Source of the DNA: an uncultured delta proteobacterium
Lineage (GTDB): Bacteria; Myxococcota; UBA727; VGSZ01
Assembly (NCBI GenBank): GCA_963775425.1
Contig: CAVZJB010000005.1
Coordinates: 32,001-96,000, forward strand
DNA length: 64,000 nucleotides
Direction of reading: 5' to 3'
The translations under genes were made by a program, and so were the position numbers. A model generated the notes under the pieces. The model saw nothing but the letters and a program-made list of their open reading frames with translations. It made no database searches and was not told where the DNA came from. Of this stretch, positions 50,676 through 60,289 are shown one piece after another (the first letter of the stretch is position 1; each line of letters starts with the position of its first letter).

Positions 50676-52124
50676 ATGAGCAACGAACGAATCGGCGACC
50701 TCCTGGTGGCCGCCGGCGTCTTGACCCGGGAGAAGCTGGAGGAGACGTGGGCGATGTATCCGCCGTCTTCCCGGCGCCTGCTGAGCCGCATCTACGAGCT
50801 CGGCCTCGCGCACGAGCGGGTCCTCGCCGAGCTGCTCGCCAAGCGCACCGGCGTCCCGGTGGTCGTCCTGTCGGAGTCCACCTTCGACCTGCGCACGCTG
50901 GCGCAGCTCCCCGCGGACGTCATGCGGAAATTCGACGCGCTGCCCGTGGCAGCCGACGAGCGCAGCCTGACGGTGACGTTGCCGGATCCGGACGCTCCCG
51001 ACGTCGTCAGCTCGCTGTCGCTGTTGTCCGGCAAGCGCGTCATCGCGCTCGTCGGCCTGCACGCCGTCGTCGGCGAGGTGATCCGGCGCGCGCTCGACGC
51101 CGTCGCCGAGGGCGCCACCGTCCTGAAGGGCAAGTCGTCCACCCACGAGGAGCCGTACGTCGCCCTGGCACAACCCCCTTCAATCGGCTCCGTCGATCGG
51201 GCCACCGCCCTCGCCGACCTGCTCGCGGAGGCCGGCCTCGAGGAGCGGTTGAAGACGCGCGCGCGGGCGCTGGCGAAGATCCCGGCGCCGCAGGCGTGGC
51301 CGGCCATGGTGGAGGGCATGTCGAGTCGCATCGACATCCCGGTGGTGCCCGCGCCGATGCCGGGCGAGCGCGTGGCCCTCGTGGTCGACGACGACGCCGC
51401 CATCCGCGACCTCGTGTCCATCACGTTGTCGCACGACCACTACAAGGTCGTGACGGCGGAAAACGGCGAGGACGCCATCGCCACGCTCCGCACCGTGCGC
51501 CCCGACATCATCATCCTCGACGCCATGATGCCCGGCCTGCACGGCTTCGAGATCCTCGTCGCGCTCAAGCAGAGCAGCGCGCACAAGAACATCCCGGTCG
51601 TGATGTGCTCCGCCGTCTACACCGACTGGCTGCAGGCCCGCGCCATCGAGGAGACGCACGGCGCGGACGCGTTTTTGAAGAAGCCCTTCGGCCTCGCGCA
51701 GCTCCGTGGCGTCGTCGCGCAGCTCACCAAGCGGGAAGCGCCGCGGTGGCAGGTGCCCGAAAACGCGGAGCAGCGCCTGATGACCGTGGAGATCGAGCTC
51801 GACCTCGCCATCGGCAAGGGCGATGACGCCCAGGCGGAGGTCCTCGCCGGTGAGTGCCTGGCCATCGACCCGTTCAGCCCGCGCGGTTGGTTCGCGCGCG
51901 GCGACGTGCTGCTCGCGCGTGGCGACATCGCCGGCGCGTGGTCCGCGTTCGAAAACGCGATCGTCTACGGGCCCGAGAACACGACCGCGCTCGTCACGCT
52001 CGCCCTGGTCGCCGAGCGGCTCGGCTTCCGGCGGCGCGCGCAAGCAATCTGGCGGCGCGCCCACGACCACGCCAGCCCCGAGCAACGCGCGATCATCGAC
52101 GGCTACGCGGCGTCCGCCGACTAG
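50676..52124 (+). CDS. Response regulator: MshEN/T2SSE-N, REC and TPR domains
   Basis: RIGDLLVAAGVL (MshEN-like), VVDDD, ILDAMMPGLHG, FLKKPF, TPR-like C-terminus. Confidence 0.82.
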   Translation: MSNERIGDLLVAAGVLTREKLEETWAMYPPSSRRLLSRIYELGLAHERVLAELLAKRTGVPVVVLSESTFDLRTLAQLPADVMRKFDALPVAADERSLTVTLPDPDAPDVVSSLSLLSGKRVIALVGLHAVVGEVIRRALDAVAEGATVLKGKSSTHEEPYVALAQPPSIGSVDRATALADLLAEAGLEERLKTRARALAKIPAPQAWPAMVEGMSSRIDIPVVPAPMPGERVALVVDDDAAIRDLVSITLSHDHYKVVTAENGEDAIATLRTVRPDIIILDAMMPGLHGFEILVALKQSSAHKNIPVVMCSAVYTDWLQARAIEETHGADAFLKKPFGLAQLRGVVAQLTKREAPRWQVPENAEQRLMTVEIELDLAIGKGDDAQAEVLAGECLAIDPFSPRGWFARGDVLLARGDIAGAWSAFENAIVYGPENTTALVTLALVAERLGFRRRAQAIWRRAHDHASPEQRAIIDGYAASAD

Positions 52125-52224
52125 CACCGCCTGTTCGCGCCCGCGCCGTGGCCGCCTGCCCCCTGTGATGGCGCGCGCCCCCACGCGGTGCAGCCGCGGT
52201 GGGGGCAGGGTAGAGTCGCGGCCC

Positions 52225-53817
52225 ATGGATGTCGCAAGCCGTCCCGCGCGCCGAACCCTCCTCGCGGCGCTTCTTCCCGCGGTGTGCGCCGGAGCGCTCA
52301 CCGGGTGTCCGGCGGAGCCCACGAAGAAGCCCGTGAAGGCCCCCGCCCCCGTGGTGGGCTCGCAGCCGCTGCGACGGCTCACGCAGGAGCAGCTCAACCT
52401 CACGCTGCGCGATCTGTTCGCGGGCATCGACCTGCCCTTCGTGGCGCTCAACGACGGCGACACGGGCGCCCGCGGCGGCGTCTTCGAGGGCGACGTCTCG
52501 CGCCAGACACCCACCGACCTCGCCGTCGAGCAACTGCGCTCGGGGAGCATCGCGGTGTCCAAGGCCGTCGTCGAGCAAAAGGACGTGCTCCTCGCCGGCG
52601 ACGACGCTCACGCGATGATCGAGAAGCTCCTGCCGCGCGCCTTCCGGCGGCCGGCGACGCAGCGCGAGGTCGAGGTCTTCACGGGCTTCTACGACGACGA
52701 GCTCGCCCAAAACGACGCCAACGACGACGTCGCGCTCGAGCTCGTGCTGCAGGCGATCATCCAGTCGCCTTCCTTCGTCTACCGCGTCGAAGCCGGCGAC
52801 GATCCCTACGCCATCGCCAGCCGGCTGTCGTACCTGCTGTGGAGCACCATGCCCGACGACGTCCTCTTCGCCGCCGCCGCCGCCGACGAGCTGAAGACGC
52901 CCGACCAGCTCGAGGCGCAGGCGCGGCGCATGTTCGATGACTCCCGCGCGCACGACGCCGTGCTCTCGTTCCACCGCCAGTGGCTCGACCTCGACAAGGT
53001 GCTCGCCACAAACAAGGACGCCGCCACCTTCCCCGAGTGGAACGACGACCTGCGCCAGTCCATGCGCACCGAGGCGGACAAGATGATCGAGGAGGTGGTG
53101 TTCGGCACGGGCGACAAGAAGCTGCGCACGCTCCTCACCACCACCAAGACGCGCGTCGACGCGTCGCTCGCCGCCGTCTACGGCATCCCGGCACCGCAAA
53201 ACGACTGGGACCTCGTCGACCTGCCCGCGGACCAGCGCGCCGGCATCGTGACCGACGCGGCGTTCCTCGCGTCGGCGGCGCACCAGGTGTACGGCTCGCC
53301 CGTGTTGCGCGGCGTGTTCGTCCTCGACCGCTTCCTCTGCGAGGCGCCGCCGCCCCCACCACCCAACGTCAACACCAACCCGCCCGACCCGAGCGACGAC
53401 GGCGCGCCCGCCACCAACCGCGAGCGCTTCTCCGAGCACGTCATCAACCCCTCGTGCGCGTCCTGCCACGCCAGCATCGACGGCGTCGGCTTCGGGCTCG
53501 AGGGCTACGACGCCGTCGGCCGCTTCCGCACCGAGGACAACGGCTTCCCCGTCGACGACAGCGGCACCGTCGACGGCGTCGACTTCCACGGCGGCCCCGG
53601 CCTCGCCGCGCTGCTCGCCGACAGCTCCGGCGTGCGCGACTGCGTCGCGCGCCACTGGCTCACCTTCGCGCGCGGGCGCGCGGAAGAGGCGGACGACGGG
53701 CAGACCATCGACCAGGTCCAAAAGGCCTTCGACAAGGCCGACGGCGACATCGAGGAGCTCCTCGTGTCCATCGTGCGCACGCCCGCGTTCCGCACGCTCC
53801 CGGAGGTGACGCAATGA
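52225..53817 (+). CDS. DUF1592/DUF1588-family (PSD/PSCyt) c-type cytochrome lipoprotein, copy 1
   Basis: LTGC lipobox, LRRLT, RAFRRP, SPSFVYR, ASRLSYLLW..PD, SPVLRG, CASCH, GLEGYDAVGRFR. Confidence 0.85.
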   Translation: MDVASRPARRTLLAALLPAVCAGALTGCPAEPTKKPVKAPAPVVGSQPLRRLTQEQLNLTLRDLFAGIDLPFVALNDGDTGARGGVFEGDVSRQTPTDLAVEQLRSGSIAVSKAVVEQKDVLLAGDDAHAMIEKLLPRAFRRPATQREVEVFTGFYDDELAQNDANDDVALELVLQAIIQSPSFVYRVEAGDDPYAIASRLSYLLWSTMPDDVLFAAAAADELKTPDQLEAQARRMFDDSRAHDAVLSFHRQWLDLDKVLATNKDAATFPEWNDDLRQSMRTEADKMIEEVVFGTGDKKLRTLLTTTKTRVDASLAAVYGIPAPQNDWDLVDLPADQRAGIVTDAAFLASAAHQVYGSPVLRGVFVLDRFLCEAPPPPPPNVNTNPPDPSDDGAPATNRERFSEHVINPSCASCHASIDGVGFGLEGYDAVGRFRTEDNGFPVDDSGTVDGVDFHGGPGLAALLADSSGVRDCVARHWLTFARGRAEEADDGQTIDQVQKAFDKADGDIEELLVSIVRTPAFRTLPEVTQ

Positions 53818-55214
53818 CCCGCCGGTTCACGCTCAATCGCCGTCAGCTCCTGGCCGCGAGCGGCATGCTCGCGGGCTCTTTGATGTTGCCGTCGCGGCGC
53901 GCGCGCGCGCAGACGGCGCCGCCCAAGCGGCTCGTGATCTTCTTCACGCAGCACGGCACGGTCTACGACAATTGGAAGATGCGGCCGAACGGCGCGCCCG
54001 ACGACGGCACGGCGTTCACCGCCGATCTCGGCGGCCTCGCCGAGAGCGACTTCTCCACCATCCTGCAGCCGCTGTATCCGTTCCGCGAGAAGCTCGCGGT
54101 CGTCGACGGGTTGAGCATGGCGAGCGCCGAGGCCGACGACCTCGGCAACGGCCACGACATCGGCACGCGCCACTCGCTCACGGGCGCGTTCCTCGTCGAC
54201 GGCGCCGCCGGCGGCCCCTCCATCGATCAAGTGGTGGCGCAGCAGATCCGCTCCCCCGGGCGCATCGACTCCCTGGAGCTCGCCGTCATCGGCGCGCTCA
54301 ACGGCGGCGCCATCTGGCGCGGCGCCGGGCAGTCGGTGCCGCCCGACTCGAGCGCGCAGAGCGTCTTCAATCGCGTCTTCCCCGCGCAGGACGGCGGCAC
54401 CACCATCACGCCGGACGACCTGGTGCGCGCGGCGCAGCCGAGCGTGCTCGACCTCGTGCAGAACGAGTACGACCTCACGTCGAAGCGGCTGACGGGCCTC
54501 GACGGCCAGAAGCTCGCGCAGCACCGCGATCTGGTGCGCGCGGTGCAGCAGCGCCTCCTCGACCTCGCCAACATCCAGTGCACGCGCCCGAGCGCGCCCG
54601 TCATCGACAATTCCGACGAGGCGGCGGCGTACGAGTCGCGGGCGTCGGCGATGTTCTCGCTGACGACGGCGGCGCTCGCTTGCGACCTCACGCGCGTGGT
54701 GACCATCCAGATGGGCCAGCTCGGCGCGTCGCAGATCGGCGCGCCGCCCGGCGACGTGCACGCGGAGTACGCGCATCAGGTCGAGGTGGACGAGACCGCC
54801 AAGGCGTTCATGACCACCTACCACAACGTGCACGCGCGCCAGCTCGCGGAGCTGTTGTCGCTGCTCGACGCCGTGCCCGAGGCGGGCGGTACGTTGCTCG
54901 ACTCGTGCGCGGTGGTGTGGTGCGGCGAGCTCGCCGACGGCGTCCACAACTACCGCCCGTGGCCGGCGGTGGTTGCCGGCGGTGCGCTCGGCGCGAGCGG
55001 GAAGTACGTGCGCCTGCCCATCGCGACGCCGAACCCGTCCATCGCCACCAACTTCCCGAACTACGTCCCCACCATCGGCCCGCCGCACAACCGCTTCTGG
55101 GTGAGCGTGGGGCAGGCCCTGGGGGCGAACGTCGACACCCTCGGCGAGACGACGCTGACGTGCCCCGACGGGCAGACCATCGATTGCACCGGGCCTCTCG
55201 AGGAGCTCGGGTGA
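53814..55214 (+). CDS. DUF1552 family Tat-exported protein, copy 1
   Basis: LNRRQLL Tat signal, PKRLVIFF, GPSIDQ, ALACDLTRV, VHAEYAH, GTLLDS; ATGA overlap. Confidence 0.85.
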   Translation: MTRRFTLNRRQLLAASGMLAGSLMLPSRRARAQTAPPKRLVIFFTQHGTVYDNWKMRPNGAPDDGTAFTADLGGLAESDFSTILQPLYPFREKLAVVDGLSMASAEADDLGNGHDIGTRHSLTGAFLVDGAAGGPSIDQVVAQQIRSPGRIDSLELAVIGALNGGAIWRGAGQSVPPDSSAQSVFNRVFPAQDGGTTITPDDLVRAAQPSVLDLVQNEYDLTSKRLTGLDGQKLAQHRDLVRAVQQRLLDLANIQCTRPSAPVIDNSDEAAAYESRASAMFSLTTAALACDLTRVVTIQMGQLGASQIGAPPGDVHAEYAHQVEVDETAKAFMTTYHNVHARQLAELLSLLDAVPEAGGTLLDSCAVVWCGELADGVHNYRPWPAVVAGGALGASGKYVRLPIATPNPSIATNFPNYVPTIGPPHNRFWVSVGQALGANVDTLGETTLTCPDGQTIDCTGPLEELG

Positions 55215-56257
55215 CGCTCGCCCGGCTGGTCTCGTGCGCGTGGTTGTGCGCGGGCGCGTGCGCCGGCATCGCGGCCGCCGCCGGCTGTCCCGCCGCCGGC
55301 GAAGAGGGCGAGGGCGAGGGCGACGCCGGCGAGGGCGAGGGCGAGGGCGACGCCGGCGAAGGGGAAGGCGAGGGCGAAGGCGAAGGCGAAGGCGAAGGCG
55401 AGGGCGAGCCCGGCGGCGGCTTCTTCCTCGCGGTGGGCTACGGCGGCCGGCGCATGTCTTCCGTCGACGGCACGGCGTGGCAGAACGACACGAGCGACGC
55501 GCAAAACGGCGGCGACGACGACAACCTGCTCCGCGGCGCCTGCGCGGGCGTCGCCCCCGACGGCACGCACCTGGGCGTGGCGGTGGGAGGCTCCGCGCAG
55601 GGGCGCATCCTGATCACGAGCGACGGCGTGCATTTCACGCCGCACATCGACGACCTCGGCTGGCTCGGCGGGTGCGCGTTCTCCGACGACGGCGTCATCG
55701 TGGCCGTGGGCTCGGCGCGCTCCATCCGCAGCCTGGACGGCGGCGCCACGTGGACCGATCCGACGTCGGAATTCTTCGGTGGCAACGGCTGGCAGGCGCG
55801 CGACATCGCGTTCGTCGCCGGGACCTTCGTCGCCGCGGGGGACCAGGGCGGGTCGGCGAGCCAGGACGGCGTCACGTGGACCACGCCCGCGGGGCCGGCC
55901 TTCACGCACGTCGACGCCGGCAACGGCGTGTTCGTGGCCGTCGGCGACGGCGCGCGGGCGCACTCGACGGACGGCGTGCAGTGGACCGTGGACGACAAGC
56001 CCGGCGTGAAGGACGTGGTGTTCGACGGCGCGCGCTTCGTGGTGGTCGGCGACTTCCTCGTGCAGCTCTCCGACGACGGCGTCACATGGGACGAGCACAC
56101 GGGCGAGCCCCCGCTCGACCTCGTCGCGTTCGGCGCGGGCGCCTACGTCTCGTCGACGTTCTCGAACACCCGCCGCGTGTCCAGCGACGCTCTCGACTGG
56201 AACATCATCGCCGACGACGACGACAACATCCTCTCCGCCGTCGTCTACGTCCCCTGA
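55211..56257 (+). CDS. Beta-propeller lipoprotein with (GE)n linker
   Basis: AAGC lipobox, GE tract, repeated FVAVG and S.DG..W (Asp-box-like); GTGA overlap. Confidence 0.72.
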   Translation: MTLARLVSCAWLCAGACAGIAAAAGCPAAGEEGEGEGDAGEGEGEGDAGEGEGEGEGEGEGEGEGEPGGGFFLAVGYGGRRMSSVDGTAWQNDTSDAQNGGDDDNLLRGACAGVAPDGTHLGVAVGGSAQGRILITSDGVHFTPHIDDLGWLGGCAFSDDGVIVAVGSARSIRSLDGGATWTDPTSEFFGGNGWQARDIAFVAGTFVAAGDQGGSASQDGVTWTTPAGPAFTHVDAGNGVFVAVGDGARAHSTDGVQWTVDDKPGVKDVVFDGARFVVVGDFLVQLSDDGVTWDEHTGEPPLDLVAFGAGAYVSSTFSNTRRVSSDALDWNIIADDDDNILSAVVYVP

Positions 56258-56545
56258 GCCGCGCGCCGCGCGATCGCGCAGGCAGCCACACGCGCGCTTC
56301 GCACATGGTCATTTCGCACTGCGCGACAGCGTAAAAAGCCCATGACATCGATGCGACGACGGCGCGCGATATCGCCCGCCGCGAGCCCACCGTCCGTGAT
56401 CGAGGAGAGTGGACCGCGGCGTACGAACGCGTTCTCCGTCGACGATCGGCGTCGCGCGCGGCGCGGTCGCGAGGCGCACATGTGCAAGCTGCCACGGTGT
56501 CTCACGCATGAAGCGTGTGATCGCCACCCCTTAAGGTCCCCTTCG

Positions 56546-58324
56546 ATGAAACGAAATTCGTCACGAACGTCTCTGCTCGTCGTCGCCGCGCTGCTCGCCG
56601 CGACGCTGTCCTGCACCACCCAGCTCGGTTCGCCGGGGCGGGCCCCCGACGGCAAGAGCTCCGTCTCCGGTGGCCGCAACCCGATAAACGGCTCGGGCGA
56701 TCCGTCGGACCCTTCGGATCCGTCGAGCCCGTCGAACCCCTCCGATCCCTCGGACCCGTCGAACCCGTCGAGCCCCGACCTCGGGACGCCCACCGCGCCG
56801 ATGCGCAGGCTCACCGAGGAAGAGCTCAACCACACCGTGCGCGATCTCTTCGCGGGCATCACCGTTCCCTCGATCGTGCTGAACGACGGAGAGGGCAAGG
56901 GCTTCGACGGCGACGTCGCGCGCCAGACGCCGTCCGACCTCGTCGTCGACGAGCTGCGCACCGGCAGCATCGCCATCGCCGCCGCCGCCGTCACCCGCAG
57001 GGACCTGCTCCTGCCGCGACAGCCGGGCAGCGACATCGCAGACCAGCACGCCGCCGGGCACGAATTCGTCGCCGCCTTCGCGCCGCGCGCGCTGCGCCGC
57101 CCGCTCACGCAGGGCGAGCTCGACGCGTACGACGGCCTCTTCGACGCCTCGCTCGACGAGCAGACCGCCATCGGCCCCGGCGCGTTCGACATCGCCGTCC
57201 AGCTCGTGATCCAGGCGCTCTTGCAGTCGCCGTCGTTCCTGTACCGCGTGGAGATCGGCGACGCGGCCGCCGCCGCCGCCGCCGAGACGGTGCCCGTCGC
57301 GCCCTACGAGATGGCGAGCCGCCTGTCGTACCTGTTGTGGGGGAGCATGCCGGATCAGGAGCTCTTCGACGCCGCCGCCGCCGACGCGCTGCGCACGCCC
57401 GAGCAGCTCGAGGCCCAGGCGCGGCGCATGCTCGGCGAACCCGGCGCGCACGACGCCGTGCTCTCGTTCCATCGCCAGTGGCTCGACCTCGACAAGGTGC
57501 TCGACAGCCCCAAGGACGCCGCCACGTTTCCGGCGTGGTCGACGTCGTTGGCGGAGTCGGTGCGCACGGAAGCCGACGCCATGATCGACGAGGCCATCTT
57601 CGGCTCCGGCGACGGCACGCTGCGCTCGCTGCTCACCACGACCACCACGCGCGTCGACGCGCAGGTGGCGGCGCTCTACGGCATCCCCGCTCCCGCCCAC
57701 GACTGGGACCTCGTGCAGCTCCCCGGCGCGCAGCGCGCGGGCCTGATCACGGACCCCGCGTTCCTCGCCAGCCGCGCGCACGCGGTGTTCGGCTCGCCCG
57801 TCCTGCGCGGCGTGTTCGTCCTCGATCGCTTCCTCTGTGAGGCGCCGCCGCCGCCCGCGGCCGTCAACACCACGCCGCCGTCGACGGTGGATCCGGCGGC
57901 GCCGACGACGAACCGCCAACGCTATGAGCAGCACGTGTCGGACACCGCCTGCCAGGGCTGCCACAACATGATCGACGGCATCGGCATGGGCCTCGAGGGT
58001 TACGACGCCATCGGGCGCTACCGCACCACCGACAACGGCTTCCCCGTCGACGACAGCGGCACCCTCGCGCCCTCCGGCGCCGGCGGCACGTTCGCCGGCG
58101 GCCCCGAGCTCGCCGAGATCCTCGCGGACTCGCCCGTCGTCGAGGACTGCGTGGCGCGCCACTGGCTCACCTGGATGCGCGGCCGCGCCGAGGAGGCCGC
58201 GGACCAGGCGCAGATCGACGACGTCACCGGCGCCTTCGACGGCGCGGGCGGCGACGTCAAAGAGCTCCTCGTCGCCATCGTCAAGACCCCCGCGTTCCGC
58301 ACTCTCCCCAAGGTGACCCCATGA
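56546..58324 (+). CDS. DUF1592/DUF1588-family c-type cytochrome lipoprotein, copy 2
   Basis: TLSC lipobox, (PSD/PSN)n linker, same motifs as copy 1, CQGCH. Confidence 0.85.
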   Translation: MKRNSSRTSLLVVAALLAATLSCTTQLGSPGRAPDGKSSVSGGRNPINGSGDPSDPSDPSSPSNPSDPSDPSNPSSPDLGTPTAPMRRLTEEELNHTVRDLFAGITVPSIVLNDGEGKGFDGDVARQTPSDLVVDELRTGSIAIAAAAVTRRDLLLPRQPGSDIADQHAAGHEFVAAFAPRALRRPLTQGELDAYDGLFDASLDEQTAIGPGAFDIAVQLVIQALLQSPSFLYRVEIGDAAAAAAAETVPVAPYEMASRLSYLLWGSMPDQELFDAAAADALRTPEQLEAQARRMLGEPGAHDAVLSFHRQWLDLDKVLDSPKDAATFPAWSTSLAESVRTEADAMIDEAIFGSGDGTLRSLLTTTTTRVDAQVAALYGIPAPAHDWDLVQLPGAQRAGLITDPAFLASRAHAVFGSPVLRGVFVLDRFLCEAPPPPAAVNTTPPSTVDPAAPTTNRQRYEQHVSDTACQGCHNMIDGIGMGLEGYDAIGRYRTTDNGFPVDDSGTLAPSGAGGTFAGGPELAEILADSPVVEDCVARHWLTWMRGRAEEAADQAQIDDVTGAFDGAGGDVKELLVAIVKTPAFRTLPKVTP

Positions 58325-59715
58325 ACATCAACATCAACCGCCGCCGGCTCCTCGCCGCCAGCGGCCTGCTGGCAGGCTCGCTGTTCCTCCCCTCGCGCCG
58401 CGCGCGCGCGCAGTCGGCGGCGCCGCCCAAGCGCCTCGTGGTGTTCTTCACGCAGCACGGCACCGTGTATCCGAACTGGCGGATGCGCCCCGCGGGCGTG
58501 TCCGAGAGCGCCGACTTCGAATTCGATCTGGCGTCGGCGGCGGAGAGCGAGCTGTCGCCCATCCTGCAGCCGATGTGGGGCATGCGGCAAAAGCTCTGCG
58601 TCGTCGACGGTGTGTCGATGGCGTCGGCGGAGGCCAACCCCATCGGCAACAACCACGACATCGGCACGCGCCACGCGCTCACCGGCCAGCTCCTCCAGGG
58701 CGGCGGGGCGGGCGGCGCCTCCATCGATCAGATCGTGGCGGGGCAGATCCGCGTCGCCGGCCGAATCGACTCGCTCGAGCTCGCCGTCGTCGGCACCGCC
58801 AACGGCGGCGCCGTGTGGCGCGGCGCGGGACAATCCCTGCCCGCGGACGCCGACCCGTCCAGCGTCTACAACCGCGTGTTCCCGTCGAGCTTCGAGTCGC
58901 CGACGCCGACGGCGGACCAGCGCATCCACAACGCGCAGCAGAGCGTGCTCGACGTCGTCAAGGAGCAGTACGCGGCGTTGGCGCCGCGGCTGTCGACGGC
59001 GGACAGGCAGAAGCTCGAGCTGCACCACGACCTCGTGCGCGACGCGGAGGCGCGGCTGCAGACGCTCCAGTCGATGCAGTGCGCGCGGCCCTCGAGCCCG
59101 TCGCTGTCGGGGTCGTACGGCGGCGCGGCGTATTACGACACGCGCTGCGACGCGATGTGGCGGATGATCACGGCGGCGCTCGCGTGCGATCTCACGCGCG
59201 TCGTCACCGTGCAGATGGGTCAGCTCTGGCCCGAACAGATCGGCGCGCCGCCGGGCGACGTGCACGCCGACTACGCGCATCACCAAAACGACAACGCCAC
59301 CGCGCGCCAGATGATGACCAACTACGGGCGCGTCCACGCCACCGAGTTCGCCGAGCTGCTCGCGCTGCTCGACTCCGTCCCCGAGGGCAACGGCACGCTG
59401 CTCGACTCCTGCGCCGTGGTCTGGGTGAGCGAGCTGGCCAACGGCGTCCACGACCTGCGCCCGTGGCCGGTGGTGATCGGCGGCGGCGCCATCGCCGGCG
59501 GCCGCTACCTCTACTACGCGCCCAACATCGCGAACCCGTCGACGGGCACGTCGTTCCCCGGCTACAACGCGGTGATCGGCCCGCCGCACAACAAGCTCTG
59601 GGTGAGCGTGGCCAACGCCGTCGGCGCCCCGATCACCTCGTTGGGCGCCACGAGCCTGACGACGCCGACGGGCGCGCACGTGGACTGCACCGGTCCGCTC
59701 CCGCGCCTGAGCTGA
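58321..59715 (+). CDS. DUF1552 family Tat-exported protein, copy 2
   Basis: INRRRLL, PKRLVVFF, ASIDQ, ALACDLTRV, VHADYAHH; ATGA overlap. Confidence 0.85.
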   Translation: MNININRRRLLAASGLLAGSLFLPSRRARAQSAAPPKRLVVFFTQHGTVYPNWRMRPAGVSESADFEFDLASAAESELSPILQPMWGMRQKLCVVDGVSMASAEANPIGNNHDIGTRHALTGQLLQGGGAGGASIDQIVAGQIRVAGRIDSLELAVVGTANGGAVWRGAGQSLPADADPSSVYNRVFPSSFESPTPTADQRIHNAQQSVLDVVKEQYAALAPRLSTADRQKLELHHDLVRDAEARLQTLQSMQCARPSSPSLSGSYGGAAYYDTRCDAMWRMITAALACDLTRVVTVQMGQLWPEQIGAPPGDVHADYAHHQNDNATARQMMTNYGRVHATEFAELLALLDSVPEGNGTLLDSCAVVWVSELANGVHDLRPWPVVIGGGAIAGGRYLYYAPNIANPSTGTSFPGYNAVIGPPHNKLWVSVANAVGAPITSLGATSLTTPTGAHVDCTGPLPRLS

Positions 59716-60169
59716 TCGCGCTGAGCGGCGCTCCGAGCTCGGCGGCGTGACGAGCTCTGCGGCGTTACGACATTCACGCCGGGACGGCGTTCGTCGCTGA
59801 CGACGACGTCGTGCCCCGCCGCGAATGTCTACGCCGCACGCCGCCGCACGCGTCGACGCGGCACGTGCGCGCCGCATCGACGGCGCGGCTCCTCCCGGCG
59901 CCGGCCGCCGCCCCTCCGTCCGGGCCGACGCGCCGCATCGACGATGGCCCGCGCCGCACGTAGGGCGCCCCCTCGTGGGGCGCGTCGGAGGGGACCGGCA
60001 ACGCCCACGGCGACGGGTCCTTCCCCACGCGCGCGCTTCCCCGGCGCCCGCCTCCTGCGCGACGACGCCCGCGCCGCCGGCGTCACCGCCGCCATCTTTG
60101 CCGGCGCCGGGCGCGGCGCGCGCCGTCGGGCGGGCCGTCGCCGAAAACGCGGTCGCGCTCCTCATCCCA

Positions 60170-60201
60170 TGTCACCGTGTCACCGTGTCACCGTGTCATC
60201 C
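60170..60201. repeat. Octamer tandem repeat (TGTCACCG)x3 plus TGTCATCC
   Basis: Seen directly in the intergenic region upstream of 60290. Confidence 0.8.
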
Positions 60202-60289
60202 GCGAGGACGGGGCCGCGGTGCTCGCGTACGAGGCGGCGTGACGTCCCGGGAAATCGCACGCCGATGGAGGTCCCGCTAAGCTCGGCCC

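Noticed and set aside
56258-56545. Riboswitch or sRNA upstream of the second DUF1592 gene
   Set aside because: Slightly AT-richer with a weak inverted repeat (TCACGC..GCGTG), but no aptamer consensus recognised; probably just a promoter region
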